Shown: piece by piece, positions 13,552 through 26,824 of the stretch
How the letters are laid out: every line of letters starts with the position of its first letter
Numbering within the stretch: position 1 is the stretch's first letter
Origin: the human T2T-CHM13v2.0 reference genome, Homo sapiens
DNA: 64,000 nt
Assembly (NCBI RefSeq): GCF_009914755.1
Contig: NC_060930.1
Direction: 5' to 3' (one strand)
Program-made: the position numbers and the translations under genes
Notes under the pieces: model-generated
Seen by the model: the letters and a program-made list of their open reading frames with translations, nothing else
What the model was told of the DNA's origin: nothing
The model's database searches: none

Positions 13552-13708
13552 CTCAGTCAGTCGGCACCTGTCACCGCTGTGAAACACACCCTCAGTCAGT
13601 CTCACCCATCACCCCTGTGAAACACCCTCAGTCAGTTGGCACCCGTCACCGCTGTGAAACATCCTCAGTCAGCACCCATCACCGCTGTGAAACACACCCT
13701 CGGTCAGC
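13552..13708. repeat. Degenerate minisatellite, 4 units of ~33-39 bp
   Basis: Recurring CTCAGTCAG..CACC(C/T)(G/A)TCACC(G/C)CTGTGAAACA. Confidence 0.9.
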
Positions 13709-15854
13709 GAGGACGCACAGTGGAGGAGCAGCCCTGCCACCCTCTTGACATAGCTCAGCCTCTCCACTGGGCAGGTGCAGAGGCACCTGCCAAGGCTTCT
13801 GCCACTGCCTGGCAGAACGGCCCTCTTCAGACTTGCTTCTTAGGAGTAGGGGCTACAGCGCTGAGTCCCACAGGTGGGTCTGGTCTGGAGGACACCCGGC
13901 ACCCGGAATCTCATAGAACAACCCTGACAAAACATTAATATCCCTGCTAATGATGCCTGGCTGTCAAAGCTGGGGCAGAAGCCTCAGTCCAGGTGGCGGA
14001 AAACACTTGGAAGGGCTTTGAGAACTTGCTTACAGAAAAGGCACCAGCTCAACAGGTAAAGTTGTTTCCTGTCATCAAAGCCAAAGGGAAAATGCAAAGT
14101 TTCAAGTCTACCTTCCCTGGCAGCTTCTTCAGACGAGGTCTCCCTGGCTCCCTGGTTTTTCTCCTGGCATGGCCCTGCCTCACAACGCCTACCATTGTTG
14201 CCATCCGTGCCAGGTTTGCCCACAGTCCGCCCTCGACTCTGTCCCCTCAGGCCTGGCTGCCGTGTGCCTTCCTGGGGGCAGCTCAGGGCTGAGTCAGACA
14301 CCTCACACCACATCCTCCTTGACCCCGACGGCCTCACGCCCTCCCTGCCACAGAGAGGCTGCAGCCCACTTGGGCTGTTCCTGATGGAAAGCCCTTTGAG
14401 CCGGGCCCAGACCTGCAGCTGTGGGATCCTGAGACAGCAGCCCCTCTGGACGGCATTCAGGGTCCCAGGCAGCGCCTGTGCTGTACCGTTCATTCAGCTC
14501 CAGAGGTTCCTGCTGCTTGGCGCTCTGCTGCGAAGCCACTGCAGCCCGGCGGTGGGAGGGTGAGCCCCTCGCTCTGCCCACCTGCTGCACTGCGCTCTGC
14601 GGGACCCTTGGTGCTTCTGAAAACAAGGGTGGGTTTTGTGGGCTGAGGTGAAGCCTCTGCTGGGCCCAGAAGTCCCTTCTGAGAAGGAGAATTGGGGCCA
14701 GCTGCTGAGGCCTCGAGGAACACAGACCAGGATAGACACTTGTGTATCAGGACTTTGCTTCTAAGAAAGGAAACCTGTGAGTGTTTTTTGTTTTTTGTTT
14801 TTTTTTTAATGGAAGTCAGAGCCTGGAGTGAAGACAGCCTCTGTCCCACCCTCCGTCCTACGCGGGCGCGGTGCTGAACTGCAAAGGCAAAGCTCCCGGT
14901 GGAAATGGCCTGCCCGCTATTCTGCGCCCTCTCTGACAGGCCCTGAACAGAAGTGTGGAAATGCCTTCCGGGAGGGTGCTAGCGAAGTCACTGTCACGCC
15001 TGCAAGTTGGACTCAACTGTAACACTTTTTCTGTTTGGTTTCATGCAAACAATTCAGCCAAGCCAGCACACAGCTGCCCCAGGAGCAGATGGATTTGTAA
15101 TTGCCGGAATAACGGCGTTGCGTCAGCTACCCCACACATCCTCAGCCAGACCCAAGGGTGATCTGCGGAGTCCAGGCTGAGCCGCTGCACTCTGAAGCCT
15201 GTTAAGCTATCGTTTGGGACGCATTTTCAAAGTTCCTGAAGTAGAATATGAGCATTCCTTCCTTACTGGTATTTTGACGTATGTCTCGGTGGAAGATTTT
15301 TACTCCTTGAATTAATTCCTGGAGAAAACACACTACAATTCAGAAACAAACGCAGGCTTTATGTCCCTTGTTCATATTTAAAAATTTAAAAGGCAGAGAA
15401 ACATCCTTACTGGATTTCCCAGTAGCTTACTTAATGACGTGACGGATGCCTCAGCCCATCAGAGCATGGCTTAGTCCTGCCGACTGGAGCTGAGGGCTGT
15501 GTCTCCTCCAGCTCGGAGTGCACGGCATGACTTAAATTTGGGTGTGTGACCAAGGGTGTCTCACTCTGCTCCAGCCTGGAGAGGACTCGCCTATTAGAGT
15601 TACCTGCTGCCAGTCAACATTCTTCCCACAACACAATCCACATCAGTAGGATAGAACCAGTGGGTCGTGTAGGCTACATTCACTGGGGAGAGACATGAAA
15701 GTTATCTATTACAGAAGTTATCCACTATGGGAGTTATCTACTATAGAATGGCTTCAACGTGAAGTGAGTTTAAGGGCCCTGGAACTAGGGATGTGGGTTT
15801 ACTGTTGGGGTCTCTGATTCTGAGAACCCACCTGATGCAAACTCTGGTGAAAGG

Positions 15855-16136
15855 AACATCCTCCCCCCAAATCACGCGAGTTCTCCTGATCGGATTCTCC
15901 TGACCGAGTGAACGACCCCCTCCCGGATCACGCGAGTTCTCCTGATCGGATTCTCCTGACCGAGTGAAAGTCCCCCCACCCCGGATCACGCGAGTTCTCC
16001 TGATCGGATTCTCCTGACCGAGTGAACGTCCCCCCACCGGATCACGCGAGTTCTCCTGATCGGATTCTCCTGACCCAGTGAACATCCCCCTCCCGGATCA
16101 CGCGAGTTCTCCTGATGGGATTCTCCTGACTGAGTG
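15855..16136. repeat. CpG-rich minisatellite, 5 units of 56-58 bp
   Basis: ATCACGCGAGTTCTCCTGAT starts at 15871, 15927, 15985, 16041 and 16097. Confidence 0.97.
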
Positions 16137-17279
16137 TTTCCTGACACATGGGCACCAGGCAGTGCCTCCCTCAGGACACACAGCAAGGGGCTGTGGCCAC
16201 ATTTCTTCCCTTCAAGCTGCTCTTCCAATTCCTGGCCTCCCAATCTTCCTAACCACACCTCACCACAACCGTCCGACACCAGAAGCTCCAGTGGGAGTTC
16301 AAAGCCCTCAGTGCGGCTCTGACCCAGGCTGTCACAACTTGCCAACATGAACCCTGTGGCCAGAGCCCTCTGACCACTGACACCACATGTGCTTCCCCAT
16401 ATCCATGTCCCTGTGGCCTTTCCCCCGGGGAGCTCTTACCATGGGGTGGGGGCTTGACCTTGAAGGACACCACTGCAGCAAGCAGCACCAGCCTGGCGGG
16501 CCATGAGCCAGCACCCCACGGGTCGCACCCTTCCTCTCTGCTCCTTCCCCAAGGCCAGCTCCATAAAAGCTCTCTGGAGCCCTTCACGGCTGTGTGTCAT
16601 CTCTGCAGAGCCTCTGTGGCTGTGTGGCTGGTATCCAGCGTGCTTAGCAACCCTCTCGTCAGAATGGACGCCAGCTGCTGGTGCGGGCCCTGCCGGCCCA
16701 GGTGTGGAGAGGGCACTCATGGACCCAGCACCAGCTCCTGATGCATCACCAAGAGCCTCTCAGCTCCACATCCCTGCACCAGATGGGGGCTCACAGGGCA
16801 GAGAGCTCACCAGCTCAGCAAGGCCATGTTCATGGTATGGCGAAGGTCGCCATCTGCCTCCCGCCCATTCTGATGGTCTCAGTCACAACCATGAGTCCTC
16901 CAGGCAGCTCTGCGCTCGTGCAGGCTGAGGCACCTCCACACTGACTCCACAAGGACTCAGCGAAGAATTGTGAGTAGATAGATGGTGCCTAACGCATGAG
17001 AGAGTGGTGAGGGCCACGCATGTCAACCCGTGCAGCCATGAGCCAGGAGCACGAGCTCAAAGGACGCTGAGGGAGAGGGCAGTGGAGGGGCTTTTAGAAA
17101 ATGGGCAGTGGAGCCAACCGAGAGCATTGGCAGAGGGTGACAGCACTGTCCCGGGAGGGCGTTTGTACGTGTGAGTGGCAGGGACCAGGACAGGAACCAC
17201 CACTCTCCGTGTCCTTTACCTTTTTATTGTTTAAATGTGTTACAAGCTTGTGTGGCGCTCGTAATTAAAAGACAGACTT

Positions 17280-17586
<307 letters not shown>

Positions 17587-18489
17587 CTAACTCCTGCCTG
17601 TGATTTGACCTCTGACTCTGAAAACTGGGATCTTCCTGCAAAAACTTCAGAGATGAGGGCTTGCCCTGTGGAAAGCCTGGTGGTGAGGGCCTGCCCCGTG
17701 GAAAGCCTGGTGGTGAGGGCCAGACCGTCGACAGAATACGAAGGCAGAGATGAGCACTGTGGGCTGGTGGAATCACACCCAGGGCAGATCAGCAGACGCG
17801 GAGGCCTGAAGCGCCTCCATCTGAGATGGAGCTCTAGGCACTGCCTCCCGGGTGGTGGATGGAGGCAAAGGGGCCAGGATCTCCTCGGCGCCCCAGGCCC
17901 TGGCAGGCGTGGGCCTGGCTATGGAGGTAGAATCTTGTGGTATCTCAAAAGTTGATGCAGTTTTGAAATGCAGTTATTCCTTAACGCTAATTCCCTCAAC
18001 TGTTCTCTCAATGAGTTCAGAAAGACTGAGATCGCAGCCTCCAAAGGCACATGCAGTGAGTACCCTTGAAGCTTCCGTTCCATTTGCCTGTTCGCTCTCT
18101 GATCGCTGCGTCCTCTGCTCTCGCCCAGCAGATGAGTGTGGCAGCTCTTACGCACTGGGAACCGTGCCAGTTGCTGGGGGCCAGGGACAGGGTGGTCTCA
18201 GACCCCTTCTCCAAGGAGAGTCAGCCGACGAACAGCACACAGGAGGTGTAAAAGCAGGAAGAGAAGAGTCAGGCTGGGGCGCCTCCCAGGGCAGGGGAAG
18301 GATGGATGCTGCCCAGCGCAGAGGACGGGAAAGGCTGGGACTGAACCACAGGTCTCTGCAGCCTGCCATACTGAGCCCCCCACCTCCCTGGGCCCATAAT
18401 TTCCTTTCTCTGAGCTCCTCACGTGGCTCTCTCTGAGCCAGGGCCCCAGCAAGCCAGCAGGCAGGCACAGCGTCCCTGAGAATGAGTGC

Positions 18490-19105
18490 TGGTGGATTCT
18501 ACGTCTTTGCTATTGTGAACAGGGCTGCAGTGGACACGCCTGTGCAGAAATCCCTTTGATATGTTGATTCCTTTTCCTCTGGGTGGATCTACAAGAGTGG
18601 GATTGCTGGATCTAATGGAAGCTCTGGCTTTAGTGTTGGGGAGCTCTCCACGCTGCTTTCCATCGAGGTTGTACTTACATTCCCACCAGCAGCGTCTAAG
18701 AGTTCCCTTTTCTCCAAATCCTCGCTAACATCTGTAATTTTTTGTCTTTTTAGTAATGGCCATTCTGACTGGGGTAAGATGGTATCTCATTGTGGTTTTG
18801 ATTTGCATTTCTCTGATACTTAGTAATGATGAGAATTTTTTCATAGACCTGTTGGCCACATGTGTGTCTTCTTTTGAGAAATGTCTGTTCAGGCTTTTTG
18901 TCCACTTTTTAGTGGGATTTTTTTTCCTGTTGTTTGATTTCCTTGTACATTCAGGACATTAGTCCCCAGTCAGATAAATAGTTTGCAAATAATTTTCTCC
19001 CATTCAACCAGCTCTCTCTTCACCCTATTGCTCCCTTGTGCAGAAGCCCCTTGGTTTGACGTAGCCTCCTATGCCTGTTTTTGTTTTTGTTACCTGAGCT
19101 TTTGA
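18490..19105 (-). mobile_element. L1 (L1MA/L1PB-like) ORF2 3' segment, antisense
   Basis: GGCCATTCTGACTGGGGTAAGATGGTATCTCATTGTGGTTTTGATTTGCATTTC; the [23 protein letters not shown] is the classic antisense-L1 translation. Confidence 0.92.
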
Positions 19106-19224
19106 TCACACTAAATACCCTGACTTGACCACTACACATTAGACACACGTAACAACATTTCTCATGTACTCCATAAATTTGCACAACTAAAAACAAATAA
19201 CTTTTCAAATACAAAAAATAATAA
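19106..19224 (+). mobile_element. L1MA-like extreme 3' end with A-rich tail, sense
   Basis: CTAAATACCCTGACTTGACCACTACACATT..CATGTACTCCATAAATTTG followed by an A-rich run. Confidence 0.75.
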
Positions 19225-19304
19225 AGGATAAGCATTAGCATCAAAACCATGGAAATGATGGGTGGCTTGGGAGCCAAGCAGGGCCATGGTGGGGAAGGGC
19301 CTCC

Positions 19305-19975
19305 GCTCAGGGTTGCTCGTGCTCAGGGCCGGCCTGCGGACCGGCTCGGGGTCGCTCGTGGTCAGGGCCGGCCTGCGGACCGGCTCGGGGTCGCTCGTGG
19401 TCAGGGCCGGCCTGCGGACCGGCTCGGGGTCGCTCGTGGTCAGGGCCGGCCTGCGGACCGGATCGGGTTTGCTCGTGGTCAGGGCCGGCCTGCGGACCGG
19501 CTCGGGGTCGCTCGTGGTCAGGGCCGGCCTGCGGACCGGATCGGGGTCGCTCGTGGTCAGGGCCGGCCTGCGGACCGGATCGGGGTCGCTCGTGGTCAGG
19601 GCCGGCCTGCGGACCGGCTCGGGGTCGCTCGTGGTCAGGGCCGGCCTGCGGACCGGATCGGGGTCGCTCGTGGTCAGGGCCGGCCTGCGGACCGGATCGG
19701 GGTCGCTCGTGGTCAGGGCCGGCCTGCGGACCGGATCGGGTTTGCTCGTGGTCAGGGCCGGCCTGCGGACCGGATCGGGTTTGCTCGTGGTCAGGGCCGG
19801 CCTGCGGACCGGATCGGGTTTGCTCGTGGTCAGGGCCGGCCTGCGGACCGGATCGGGGTCGCTCGTGGTCAGGGCCGGCCTGCGGACCGGATCGGGGTCG
19901 CTCGTGGTCAGGGCCGGCCTGCGGACCGGCTCGGGGTCGCTCGTGGTCAGGGCCGGCCTGCGGACCGGCTCGGGC
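19305..19975. repeat. 39-bp CpG-island VNTR, 17 copies
   Basis: Unit GGTCAGGGCCGGCCTGCGGACCGG(C/A)TCGGG(G/T)T(C/T)GCTCGT; 31/39 G+C and 6 CpG in the CTCGGGGTCG variant; 17 GRPADR repeats in the translation. Confidence 0.98.
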
Positions 19976-20791
19976 TCTAATTCCAGCTCGGTGCTCTTCA
20001 GCAAGTCACTCTCTGAGCCTCAGTTTCTTCAGCCAGCAAGAAGAGCTTACAATAGGATTGGGGTGGCAGGTGGATCGAGCTAACGCTCATGAAAATGTTA
20101 CCGCAGGCCCTAGGGCACAGAAAGCACTCAACCATGCCTGTTCCTCCCTCTTTCTGCAGGAACCCATGTGAACCCTTGAGGCATATGGGACCTAAGCTAG
20201 ACACCACATGGCTGATAATTACCACTTTTCTTAGCAAATCTGCTACCTCACTCCCGCTCCCGTGACACTGAAGATAGGAGCGGAGCCCCTCAGAGGATGA
20301 GTGTGAGGAGAGGAGGCCTGAGGGGTGCCCCTCCCCACACTCCTCCAGGGGCTTCCATTAGCAGAGAAGCCTCACCCAGCTTCACACTGGGAGCTCTGGA
20401 AGCCCCCCCGAAAGGTGGAGTTCAGAGCACAGGACACAGTCCTTCTGCAGAAGACCACCTGTGACAGCTTTGCAATCACAGCCAGGATCAATATCACGTT
20501 CTCACCACTTGGCAATTTAGCAATTACTGAATTTGTGTCAAGAAAACACGCGTTCCATAAAAGAATCTTAAAATATGTTGACTCAATACCTCGGGTGATT
20601 GTCTTCGACACCCGCCCACTTTGACAATAGACATTACAGTGGCGTTCTAAATATTCTAAGGGATCTGCTGAGGCTCAGGAATTGCAGCCCTTTCTTTATG
20701 GTGAGAATGTGTAATTAGTAAATTGAATAGATTTCAACACTATTTTGGGAAACTGTTGAAGGGGCAATTGCAATGCTGCGGTGCTTGGGTC

Positions 20792-20797
<6 letters not shown>

Positions 20798-20831
<34 letters not shown>
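20798..20831. repeat. (TG)17 microsatellite
   Basis: Read directly. Confidence 0.97.
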
Positions 20832-20834
<3 letters not shown>

Positions 20835-21711
20835 ATTACATACTCAACAGCAGCTGCTGAGGCAAGATGAGCCAGTGTTTTTCTTCCTTCTCCTCCCAGG
20901 AGACACGGACTAGCTGTCACAAAGATGCGGTAGAAGTTTGTGAGTGTCCATTTGGAGTTTTCCCAGGCCAGGCCCTGGGGTCACTGCACAGCCAGCAGCC
21001 GCCTCACTCTTGCCTCCTTTCTGCTCAGGCAGAGCTAAGCTCTAGGGAACTCACTGTGAGCATTCCCACTGGGGATTCCCTGGGACTTTCTGGGTCAGGT
21101 CCCATCCCTGATCCTCTGCTGCAAGGGACTGTGATGACTGTGGTCTGGGGAGGAGGCCGAGGGCAGGGAGGGGCGTGGGCCCGGTATCCCTCAGGCCCAT
21201 CACCACCCATGGCCACTGGCCAGCTCAGCTCGTGCCTGGCAGAGGATGGTAGGGGCAAAGGCCAGGTGACCCTGTGTGGAGCCTTTTAGGACCCATGGGA
21301 GCTCCTCCACCTCGTTTGTAAATGAGCCAAACAAGACCCTGGAAAGCAAGATCTGCCTAAACCTCAGGGAGAGCCCAGGCATCCGCCCAGCAACAGCTCC
21401 AGGCAGGCCGTGCCCAGGGCTGAGTATGGCCACATCATCGCTCGTCCCGCGAGGGACATGAGAGCCCTCCCGGCCTGAGCTGGCGAAGCTGAGACGGGGC
21501 CTTTCCCATGGGCTCTGCTGTGCACCGGCTGCTCACTTTGCTTTAGCAAGACCGAGCCAGACATCCCTTGCCTGGAGCAGCAGCAGCACCTGTGACCCAA
21601 ACGTGGGTCAAGGGGTTTCCTCTATTGCTCTGTCCAGCCCCCACCCAGCCCCAGAGCCCTGTTTCTTAAGCAGTTTTAATAGGACTAAACTAAAGCAACT
21701 CACGACATGGT

Positions 21712-21870
21712 GGCGGCTCTCAAGCTCTGCTGTCCATCTGAACCTGGAGGGCCTTGCTGAACACAGGTCTTTGGCCCCACTCCAGAATTCGTGATCCAGG
21801 TGAAGCTTGAGACTGGCATTTCTCACAAGCCCTGCGATGCCGCTGGTGTGGGGACCACAGTTTGAGAACT
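21712..21870 (-). mobile_element. MER5A-like hAT DNA transposon fossil
   Basis: CGGCTCTCAAG..ACCTGGAGGGCCTTG..GCATTTCTCACAAG..GGGGACCACAGTTTGAGAAC matches my recall of the MER5A layout. Confidence 0.7.
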
Positions 21871-22629
21871 TTGGACTTGATTGCTGATGACATTCAAAGC
21901 TTCAATTACAAGAACAAACTGAAGCTGTCTGCAGGATGCAGAGTGCCTCTGGCCCACGGTGCCTCCAACCCCCCAAGAAGGCTGCCGGCCCCTCCCGCAC
22001 CAGCCACTGTGCCCTGGTTCAAAGGCCAGAGCCAGAGATGCCGGCCCCTTGTGGGTTCCGTCACCAACCAGCACTGATGGAACATGGCGATGCTGAGCTG
22101 CCAGAACAAGCCGCATTAAAACAGTGGAGTCCACCCTCCAGAACCTGCAGGGCTCAGTCCACCCGGAGGGTGCTGCTGAAGCCTCGCCATCCCCCCCGGA
22201 GGCACTGTCCCCTGCCTGGGCCTGTGCGTGGGCTGTGCTGGGACCCTCCACATGCACCCACCCTCCCCAGAAACCCTGCAGGACAGGGCCTGGGATGGGC
22301 AGGAGCCCGGTCACATCCCCCCTGCCACCTCAATGCCTGGGACCCCCTCAGTAGGCACCTGGGCCCTGCACCCTGGTAGCAGGTGGACGGCAGCATCCTG
22401 TGCCTGTTTCTGTCTTCAGTGAATGTTTAAAAAGCTACTGGAACCACATCCACGGGTGCACCCAGCAGGACCAGGGCAAGGGGTCCCAGCCCCGAGTCAG
22501 TGTCACCCCCACTCTCACTGAGAATGCCCAGTCCCCCGGGGCCAAGAGCAGACGCAGCCTGACAGAGTTGGCGGCAGATTTAGGCAAAGTCTGACACCTG
22601 CGAAGGCTCTTCCTTGATGGGGCCTGGAA

Positions 22630-23103
22630 GAGTGTGTGAGAGTGTCAGTGTGGGGTGAGGCTGTGTGTGAGAGTGAGTGGAACAGTGAGAGTGTGTGTGT
22701 TAGTGTGAGTGTACGTGGGAGTGAGTGTGTGAGAGTGTGTGTGTAAGAGTATGGAAGAGTGTGTGTAAGAGTGAGGGTGTGTGTTAGTGTGAGTGTATGT
22801 GGGTGTGAGGGTGAGTGTGAGAGTGTGTGAGTAGGAGAGAGGGTGTGCGTGTTAGTGTGAGTGTATGTGGGAGTGAGGGTGTGAGTGTGTGTGTATGTGT
22901 GTGAGGGTGTGAGGTGTGAGTGTGAGTGTATGTGTGTGAGTGTGTGTGAGGGTGTGAGGTGTGAGTGTGTGAGTGTATGTGTGTGTGAGGTGTGAGTGTG
23001 AGTGTATGTGTGTGAGTGTGTGTGAGTGTATGTGTGTGAGGTGTGAGTGTGAGTGTATGTGTGTGTGAGGTGTGAGTGTGCATGCGTGTACACATGTGTG
23101 AGT
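22630..23103. repeat. Compound (TG)/(TGAG) low-complexity microsatellite
   Basis: ~470 bp almost entirely G/T/A (GTGTGAGTGTGAGTGTATGTGT); source of the His/Thr-rich ORFs. Confidence 0.95.
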
Positions 23104-24319
23104 GAGGAGCCCAGGATCCCGGCTGCTTGGGTCTCCCTGGCCTCCTACGGCTCCTGAGGGGAAAGGGCTCCTGCCTGTGCCCTTTCTCACCTTCTCATCC
23201 CAATCTTTAAGGACAGAGTGGGGACAGCTCCCAAACCCAAGGCCTCAGGAACGGGGAAATGGTGGCCCCAGCTGCCAATTGGAGCAGCCTCTCTGTCCCT
23301 GGCACCTGGGAGCAGCTTCCAAGGGGCCCGAGTGGCGGAGGAAGCAGCCTCCCCAGCTCCTTCTTTAGTCCGTGGACACCCTCACAATAGCCCTTTGAAT
23401 ATTAACTCCTTTGTGCCCCAGATAGCATCTCATCTTCCTGAAAATGGTACCAAAATATTTGATCAGGTACCACAGCCAAATCCAGAGCAGGAAGACACTC
23501 ATTTTTCTCTGTGAGCGGCAGATGCAGACAGCCGAGAAGAAACTTGAAAGGCTTCTGCTGCCTCATCCGCCGGCCTCTTCCCCCGGTGAAGGCACCGCCT
23601 GTCCCGCCCCATGGGAAAGGTCACATTCCAGGGGCCCCTCCCATGTCCCCTGCAATATGGGAATCAATCTCGTGTCCCCAAGTGTCTGGAGCTGCTCTAT
23701 CCCAGGCAGCCCCAGTCGAGGATCTCAGGGCCGGCCCACCTGGGCTCAGCCCCCAGTGCTGCATGGGCCCCCATGTCCCTGTGGCTGCTGAATTTGAACA
23801 GTACCCACCAGAAGGCTGCTGGGGAGGGGAAGGGCACAGCGAGCCAACTAACTGAACTGTGTGTCTGAAAGGGCCTGCTGCACGGTAGGCGGGAGGTGTT
23901 GGTCCTGTGTTCCCACCAGCCAGGCACTGAGGAAAGTCACCTCCTTCCTCCCAGCGCACCTCCCAGACACTCAGAAGCAGAAAGACCCCGAGATGGCCGG
24001 CGTGTCCTTTCCAGGAGGACACCAGGTCCTCATGCACTGTCTGCCTAGCCACCCTCACCACAGACATCACAATTCAAACCCTCCCTCTCTGCACTCTGAG
24101 CCGAGGAAACCTCTCTTCGAAGTCCTGAGCCTCTCTCTTAAACAAACCTCGAAAACAGTCCCCACTGAGGGCACTCGGAGTGCAGGGAGAAAGAGGCAAG
24201 AGTGAACCACCCTGCGCCTGGCCATGGTGCCCTGAAACACTCACGGAGCCACCCAGAGGGAGGTTCCGTGATTCCCATAGGTCAGGTGACCTCACACACC
24301 CCCTAGGCAGCCTCACCTA

Positions 24320-24510
24320 CGGTTGCCAGAAATTTAGCAAAACAGCCAAACATGAACAGAAAACATTCAGCAGGATGGCCAGTTGTTACAGTTTGAATTT
24401 CAGATAAAGAAGAGCTCATGCTCAGTATACGTATTGCCATGCTGTATCTGGGACGTGTTTATCCTACCTGAAATTCAGATGCAACTGGACATCTGTGTTT
24501 CACCCAGCCA
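24320..24510. mobile_element. MER53-like palindromic MITE
   Basis: Starts GGTTGCCAGA; inverted arms GAATTTCAG (24395-24403) / CTGAAATTC (24468-24476) and GATGGCCAGTTG / CAACTGGACATC. Confidence 0.75.
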
Positions 24511-25882
24511 TCCTCCTCCTACCACAGGCCCTCCCACCTGGGGGTAGCTTCTGGGAAGGGCAGGCCTTTGGCCCCCTTGTGCCACCCACATCCTCCGTCC
24601 TTCTGTCCCAGACAGGAAGTGGTAACCTGCTCCCACCTCAGCCTCTTTTCTCTTCTATCAAAGTTCCAATCTTCCCCAACACTTCGTTTACTTTCCATCA
24701 CCCCCTCTGCTAGGTGTGGGAAAGCCCTCACTTTGTAATGTAATTCCATTTTACACCACGACAGTGAATGACCAAGGCCCAGGGCTGGCTTTGTGGCTGG
24801 TTGCATTTAATAAGGACCTGAAAAGTCTCCCAAGGGCTCTCCAGGATAAAGAGAAGAGGAGAGAGGTGGATGCATACGAGCAGGTGACGCAGGCGGACGG
24901 AGGGCCCTGCGGGGGGAGAAGGGGCAGCCTGGCCCGGGTTTGCCAGAGAGGAGAGTCTCGGCTGTGCTGGAGCCTGGGTCCTGAACGCAGCCGCAGGACC
25001 CAGCAAGGCCTCTCGGACAGCCTGGCCTTGTGCCATGGGCACTGCTGGATGCAGGCCCCGCGGGCCCTGGGGCATGTCCTCTGTGAGGCACCGGGGAGCA
25101 GACTTGGGTCTCAGAGAGTGCAGAGGAATCACATTTGTCATCCGCCAACTTTCCTTAACTCAAAGGCCATTAGAGCATTCTCGTTTTCTCCTCAATGCAA
25201 GGAGGCAATGTGTGACCTTAGATCTGTGGAAAAAATGAAAAAAACAAGGTGGAGGTGGCACCATTTTTAAAATGAGCTTCCTGCTCGTTGTGGCCATGGA
25301 GTGCTCCCCGTGCCTCGGAGTCTCAGGCCGCATTCCGGGGCCAAGCAGGGTCCTGGGCCCAGGACGGAGGTGCCGGCAAGAGCGGGCCTGGGTGGACGGG
25401 CACGAGAGGAAGTGCGAGTCCAAACAGAGCCCAGGGCTGGCCTCGGCTCCAGCCTCCCCTGCCACACTGCACCTGTCGGTGCCCGGTGGGTGCTGAGTGC
25501 CGCACGGTGCATTCCACCCACCACTGACGCAACTGTCAGTCACGCAGCCGAGAGGTGGGCACTTTACAGAAGAGGAAGCGGAGACTCACAGAAGAGAAAC
25601 ACCAAGCCCAACACCGAGCAGTTTGTGGGTGGCAGGGTCTGCATGGAAGCAGGGTCCACCTGACCCCATGTCCACACCCCGAGCCCACATCCCACATCCC
25701 AGATTCCAAACCCACCGGCAGTCCACACCAGATCAGCTCTGTGGGAGGCTGCGTTTGCTGATGAAATGGCTGCCCGCTACTGTGCGCAGAAGAACCTGTT
25801 CCCTACAGAATCTGTGTAGATGACTTGGTTTCTGTCACATGGATGTGCCACTGTGAGCTTCATAAATAAGAACAGCAAGCCA

Positions 25883-26175
25883 GGCCAGACGCAGTGGCTC
25901 ACGCCTGTAATCCCAACACTTTGTGAGGCCGAGGCAGGTGGATCACCTGAGGCCAGAAGTTCGAGACCAGCCTGGCCAACATGGTGAAACCTCATTGCTA
26001 CTAAAAATACAAAAAATTTGCTGAGTGTGGTGGTGCTGCCCGTAGTCCCAGCTACGTAGGAGGCTGGGAAAAGATAATCATTTGAACCTGGGAGACGGAT
26101 GTTGCAGTGAGCCGAGATTGCGCCGCTGCACTCCAGCCTGGGTGACAGAGCAAGACTCCGTCTTGGGGGGAAAAC
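25883..26175 (+). mobile_element. Alu (AluS) with eroded, G-containing tail
   Basis: Full dimer; tail reads TTGGGGGGAAAAC; TSD-like CAGCAAGCCAG / CAGCAAGTCAG. Confidence 0.95.
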
Positions 26176-26223
26176 AACCCAGCAAGTCAGGGTGCACAAC
26201 AGACCCTCCTGGGAATGGCCTGA

Positions 26224-26824
<601 letters not shown>

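Noticed and set aside
22515-23190. His/Thr-rich ORFs
   Set aside because: Translation of a (CA)-type microsatellite.
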